Shown piece by piece: positions 28,248-32,000 of a DNA stretch of 32,000 nucleotides (positions are counted from its first letter, which is position 1; each line of letters opens with the position of its first letter). Under the pieces are notes generated by a model, which was not told the origin of the DNA, searched no databases, and saw nothing but the letters and a program-made list of their open reading frames with translations. Position numbers and translations under genes: made by a program. This DNA comes from Vibrio alginolyticus NBRC 15630 = ATCC 17749 (GTDB lineage Bacteria; Pseudomonadota; Gammaproteobacteria; Enterobacterales; Vibrionaceae), in the NCBI RefSeq assembly GCF_000354175.2, contig NC_022349.1, positions 1,860,001 through 1,892,000 on the forward strand, given 5' to 3'.

Positions 28248-28722
28248 CCTACTGGCACTGGTATTGGCGGCGCCTCAAGCGCTGGCACTCAAGTCGGATA
28301 CTCAACAGCCGGTTTACATAAACTCTGACACCCAACAGGTGGATATGAAGAGTAACCAGGTTGTTTTTGAAGGCGATGTATCTCTTAAGCAAGGGAGCAT
28401 CAATATCGATGCTGATAGAATCGTGGTAACTCGCGATCCTAAAACCGAAGCAATTAAACAGATTCAAGCATTTGGTAAACCTGCGAAGTTTTCTCAGCTG
28501 ATGGACGATGGTAAAACACTTAGTGGTCAAGCTACGGAGCTGGATTACCGTATTTCTACAGACGAACTGACCATGAAAGGTCAAGCGCAGCTGGCGCAAG
28601 ACAACAACACCATCAAAGGTTCTTCGATTCGTTACCAAATTGGTAAACAAAAGCTAGTCGCAGATAGCTCTAAGGAAGAGCGCGTTACGACCATTTTGCA
28701 ACCCAATCAGATAGAGAACTAA
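28228..28722 (+). CDS. lptA: LPS transport periplasmic protein LptA
   Basis: It has a signal peptide [20 protein letters not shown] and an OstA-like fold pattern. The start at 28228 gives a canonical signal peptide, and the tracked 28210 is possible. It overlaps the end of lptC. Confidence 0.9.
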   Translation: MKPLHLSLLALVLAAPQALALKSDTQQPVYINSDTQQVDMKSNQVVFEGDVSLKQGSINIDADRIVVTRDPKTEAIKQIQAFGKPAKFSQLMDDGKTLSGQATELDYRISTDELTMKGQAQLAQDNNTIKGSSIRYQIGKQKLVADSSKEERVTTILQPNQIEN

Positions 28723-28723
28723 T

Positions 28724-29449
28724 ATGGCAGTACTGAGTGCGAAAAACTTGGCGAAAAGCTACAAAAAACGCAAAGTCGTCACTGATGTTAGCTTAGAAGT
28801 TGAATCTGGTCAGATTGTTGGGCTACTCGGTCCAAACGGCGCGGGTAAAACCACCTCGTTTTACATGATTGTCGGCTTAGTACCTCGTGATGAGGGCACC
28901 ATTACCATTGACGACAATGACATCAGTATTTTACCGATGCATAGCCGTTCACGCCTTGGCATTGGCTATCTTCCGCAAGAAGCGTCGATTTTCCGTAAGC
29001 TTTCAGTAGAAGATAACATCATGGCCGTACTTGAAACTCGTCAAGAAATGACGAGGGAAGAGCGCCAAGATAAACTGGAAGATTTGTTGGAAGAATTCCA
29101 CATCCAGCACATCAGAACCAGTGCTGGTATGGCACTATCAGGGGGTGAGCGACGCAGGGTGGAAATCGCTCGAGCTTTAGCGGCCAACCCTCAGTTCATT
29201 TTATTGGATGAACCTTTCGCTGGTGTTGACCCAATTTCGGTTAATGACATCAAGAAAATCATTGAGCATCTGCGCGATCGTGGTCTCGGAGTGTTAATCA
29301 CTGACCATAATGTACGTGAAACACTGGACGTATGTGAAAAAGCCTATATCGTGAGCCAAGGGCACCTAATTGCATCGGGAACTCCGGCAGAAGTTCTCAA
29401 TAATGAACAGGTGAAACAAGTTTATCTCGGCGAACAATTCCGTCTATGA
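28724..29449 (+). CDS. lptB: LPS export ABC transporter ATP-binding protein LptB
   Basis: 241 aa with Walker [10 protein letters not shown], the signature LSGGERRR, and Walker B ILLDEP. Confidence 0.95.
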   Translation: MAVLSAKNLAKSYKKRKVVTDVSLEVESGQIVGLLGPNGAGKTTSFYMIVGLVPRDEGTITIDDNDISILPMHSRSRLGIGYLPQEASIFRKLSVEDNIMAVLETRQEMTREERQDKLEDLLEEFHIQHIRTSAGMALSGGERRRVEIARALAANPQFILLDEPFAGVDPISVNDIKKIIEHLRDRGLGVLITDHNVRETLDVCEKAYIVSQGHLIASGTPAEVLNNEQVKQVYLGEQFRL

Positions 29450-29499
29450 TTATATTAGGAACGGTAAGATTCTGAGCATTACAAGGTAAGTAACACTGA

Positions 29500-30969
29500 A
29501 TGAAACCTTCATTACAACTCAAGCTAGGTCAGCAGTTAGCCATGACGCCACAGTTGCAGCAAGCGATTCGCTTATTGCAATTGTCGACACTCGATCTTCA
29601 ACAAGAAATCCAAGAAGCGTTGGACTCAAACCCATTATTGGAAGTTGAAGAAGGCCAAGACGAGCCTCTAGCAAACGGTGAAGATAAGTCAGCGGTCGAG
29701 GCTGCTGATAGCAACAGTGCTAGCGAACCAACAGAAATTGACGTTCCAGATAGCTCCGATGTGATAGAGAAATCAGAAATTAGCTCTGAACTTGAAATCG
29801 ACACGACTTGGGATGACGTCTACAGCGCTAATACTGGTAGCACTGGCTTAGCTCTTGATGATGATATGCCCGTCTACCAAGGCGAAACCACTGAATCGTT
29901 ACATGATTACCTCATGTGGCAGCTTGACCTAACACCATTCAGTGAAACCGACCGCACGATTGCATTAGCGATTATTGACGCTGTTGACGACTACGGCTAT
30001 TTAACTTTGTCGCCTGAAGAGATTCATGAGAGCTTCGATAATGAAGAGATAGAGTTAGACGAAGTAGAAGCCGTTCGTAAACGCATTCAACAATTCGATC
30101 CTCTTGGAGTTGCATCACGTAACTTACAAGAATGTTTGTTACTGCAACTGACGACCTTCCCAGAAGACACGCCGTGGCTTGCTGAAGCCAAAATGATACT
30201 TGCGGATCATATTGATCACCTAGGCAACCGTGACTACAAGCTCGTCATCAAAGAGACTAAGCTGAAAGAAGCCGATCTTCGTGAAGTCTTAAAGCTTATC
30301 CAACAGTTAGATCCTCGTCCAGGTAGTCGCATCACTCCTGATGATACCGAGTACGTAATTCCAGACGTGTCCGTTTTTAAAGACAATGGCAAATGGACCG
30401 TTTCTGTAAACCCGGATAGCGTGCCCAAATTAAAAGTAAATCAACAATATGCTCAATTAGGCAAAGGTAATAGCGCGGATAGCCAGTACATCCGCAGCAA
30501 TTTGCAAGAGGCAAAATGGTTAATTAAGAGCTTAGAGAGTAGAAACGAGACGCTACTCAAAGTTGCAAGATGTATTGTTGAACATCAACAAGATTTCTTC
30601 GAGTATGGTGAGGAAGCCATGAAGCCAATGGTGCTCAATGATGTCGCTTTGGCTGTGGACATGCATGAATCCACGATTTCTCGTGTAACAACGCAAAAAT
30701 TTATGCATACACCACGTGGTATTTTTGAATTGAAGTACTTCTTCTCTAGCCATGTTAGTACTGACAACGGCGGAGAATGTTCGTCAACAGCAATTCGTGC
30801 ACTCATTAAAAAACTGGTCGCAGCAGAGAATACTGCCAAACCACTGAGTGATAGCAAGATTGCTGCTCTTCTGGCTGACCAAGGGATTCAGGTCGCAAGA
30901 CGTACGATAGCCAAATATCGCGAATCCTTGGGAATTGCCCCTTCAAGTCAGCGTAAACGCCTATTATAA
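29500..30969 (+). CDS. rpoN: RNA polymerase sigma-54 factor
   Basis: 489 aa. It has a Gln/Leu-rich region I ([25 protein letters not shown]), an acidic region II, and the RpoN box [10 protein letters not shown]. Confidence 0.96.
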   Translation: MKPSLQLKLGQQLAMTPQLQQAIRLLQLSTLDLQQEIQEALDSNPLLEVEEGQDEPLANGEDKSAVEAADSNSASEPTEIDVPDSSDVIEKSEISSELEIDTTWDDVYSANTGSTGLALDDDMPVYQGETTESLHDYLMWQLDLTPFSETDRTIALAIIDAVDDYGYLTLSPEEIHESFDNEEIELDEVEAVRKRIQQFDPLGVASRNLQECLLLQLTTFPEDTPWLAEAKMILADHIDHLGNRDYKLVIKETKLKEADLREVLKLIQQLDPRPGSRITPDDTEYVIPDVSVFKDNGKWTVSVNPDSVPKLKVNQQYAQLGKGNSADSQYIRSNLQEAKWLIKSLESRNETLLKVARCIVEHQQDFFEYGEEAMKPMVLNDVALAVDMHESTISRVTTQKFMHTPRGIFELKYFFSSHVSTDNGGECSSTAIRALIKKLVAAENTAKPLSDSKIAALLADQGIQVARRTIAKYRESLGIAPSSQRKRLL

Positions 30970-30993
30970 GGCACTAACTGAAAAGGAAAGTCT

Positions 30994-31281
30994 ATGCAAA
31001 TCAATATTCAAGGCCATCACGTTGATCTTACCGATTCAATGCAAGACTATGTAAATTCTAAGTTTCAGAAGCTCGAAAGGTTCTTCGACCACATCAATCA
31101 AGTGCATGTTGTACTAAAAGTTGAAAAAATTACTCAAATCGCGGAAGCTACGCTTCACATAAATCAAGGCGAAATCCACGCATCAGCCGATGACGAAAAT
31201 ATGTATGCCGCGATCGATTCGCTGGTAGATAAATTGGTTCGCCAACTTAATAAGCACAAAGAAAAACTAAACAGTCATTAA
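30994..31281 (+). CDS. hpf: Ribosome hibernation promoting factor
   Basis: 95 aa, near-collinear with E. coli Hpf/YhbH (VVLKVEK...ATLH.N.GEIHASA...MYAAID.L.DKL.RQL.KHK.KL). Confidence 0.92.
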   Translation: MQINIQGHHVDLTDSMQDYVNSKFQKLERFFDHINQVHVVLKVEKITQIAEATLHINQGEIHASADDENMYAAIDSLVDKLVRQLNKHKEKLNSH

Positions 31282-31283
31282 TC

Positions 31284-31730
31284 ATGCAACTGAGCGAAAT
31301 ACTGTCATTGGACTGCACCAAAAGTGCGGTCCACTGCACGAGTAAAAAACGCGCCCTTGAAATGATCAGCCGTATCGTGGCTGATCAAACGGGCCAAGAT
31401 TCTACCGAGCTGTTCGAATGCATGCTCAATAGAGAAAAAATGGGCAGTACCGGTATCGGAAACGGTATTGCGATCCCTCACGCGAGAATGCAATCAAGCG
31501 ACAAGGCCATTGCTGTCTTACTGCAATGTGATGAAGCAATCGAATTTGATGCGATTGACAATCGACCTGTCGATCTTCTTTTTGCGCTCCTTGTACCAGA
31601 AGAACAGTGCAAAGAGCACCTCAAGACTCTATCCTCTATGGCAGAACGTCTGAGCGATAAGCAAGTATTAAAACTACTGCGTAATGCTCAGAGTGATGAA
31701 GAACTTTACGACATCATGATTCACCAATAA
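31284..31730 (+). CDS. ptsN: Nitrogen-related PTS EIIA component PtsN
   Basis: 148 aa with the PTS EIIA-type-2 active-site region [10 protein letters not shown]. It lies downstream of rpoN-hpf. Confidence 0.92.
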   Translation: MQLSEILSLDCTKSAVHCTSKKRALEMISRIVADQTGQDSTELFECMLNREKMGSTGIGNGIAIPHARMQSSDKAIAVLLQCDEAIEFDAIDNRPVDLLFALLVPEEQCKEHLKTLSSMAERLSDKQVLKLLRNAQSDEELYDIMIHQ

Positions 31731-31744
31731 GCAGGACTAACTCC

Positions 31745-32000
31745 ATGCGACTAATCGTTGTTAGCGGGCACTCAGGTGCCGGTAAAAGTATTGCGCTTCG
31801 TGTACTGGAAGACTTAGGTTACTACTGTGTTGATAACCTGCCAGTTAACTTGCTGGACGCATTTGTTCATTCTGTTGCTGACAGCAAACAGAATGTTGCA
31901 GTCAGCATTGATATTCGTAATATTCCTAAAAAGCTAAAAGAACTGACGAGTACACTAGAACAGTTAAAAACTGAGCTTGATGTGACCATGCTTTTCTTGG
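31745..32000 (+). CDS. rapZ: RNase adapter protein RapZ, N-terminal part (3' end outside window)
   Basis: [33 protein letters not shown] parallels E. coli RapZ ([33 protein letters not shown]). Walker A is present. Confidence 0.9.
   Translation, partial: MRLIVVSGHSGAGKSIALRVLEDLGYYCVDNLPVNLLDAFVHSVADSKQNVAVSIDIRNIPKKLKELTSTLEQLKTELDVTMLFL

Overview
This window reads as conserved core chromosome of a Vibrio-like gammaproteobacterium (my inference from protein similarity and gene order; no search was possible). It joins two neighbourhoods that lie apart in E. coli. The first is lptG-lptF / pepA-holC-valS ... rraB-(arcA)-argF-pyrLBI-ridA. The second is murA-ibaG-mlaBCDEF / yrbG-kdsD-lptC-lptA-lptB-rpoN-hpf-ptsN-rapZ. 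The 5' end carries the C-terminal part of a chitin oligosaccharide deacetylase with two chitin-binding repeats, then a tRNA-Leu(CAA), an SDR oxidoreductase, a DUF2254-like membrane protein and an RDD protein. I found no transposase, integrase, CRISPR array, toxin-antitoxin pair or recognisable defence or secretion module. I cannot support a claim that a novel multi-gene system is present. The items worth a second look are small. They are a structured tRNA-Leu-derived second unit beside the real tRNA, and a less conserved patch between valS and rraB. That patch holds a tandem DUF2061 protein with a Fur-box-like site, a 35-bp palindrome, a MarR-GNAT fusion, and a stand-alone GH2 N-terminal-like protein with no catalytic barrel. 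Also notable are an arcA gene with a ~580-bp AT-rich repeat-bearing leader but no arcC/arcD nearby, a complete pyrBI control region, and no kdsC between kdsD and lptC. All product calls rest on remembered homologues and motifs, not on database searches.
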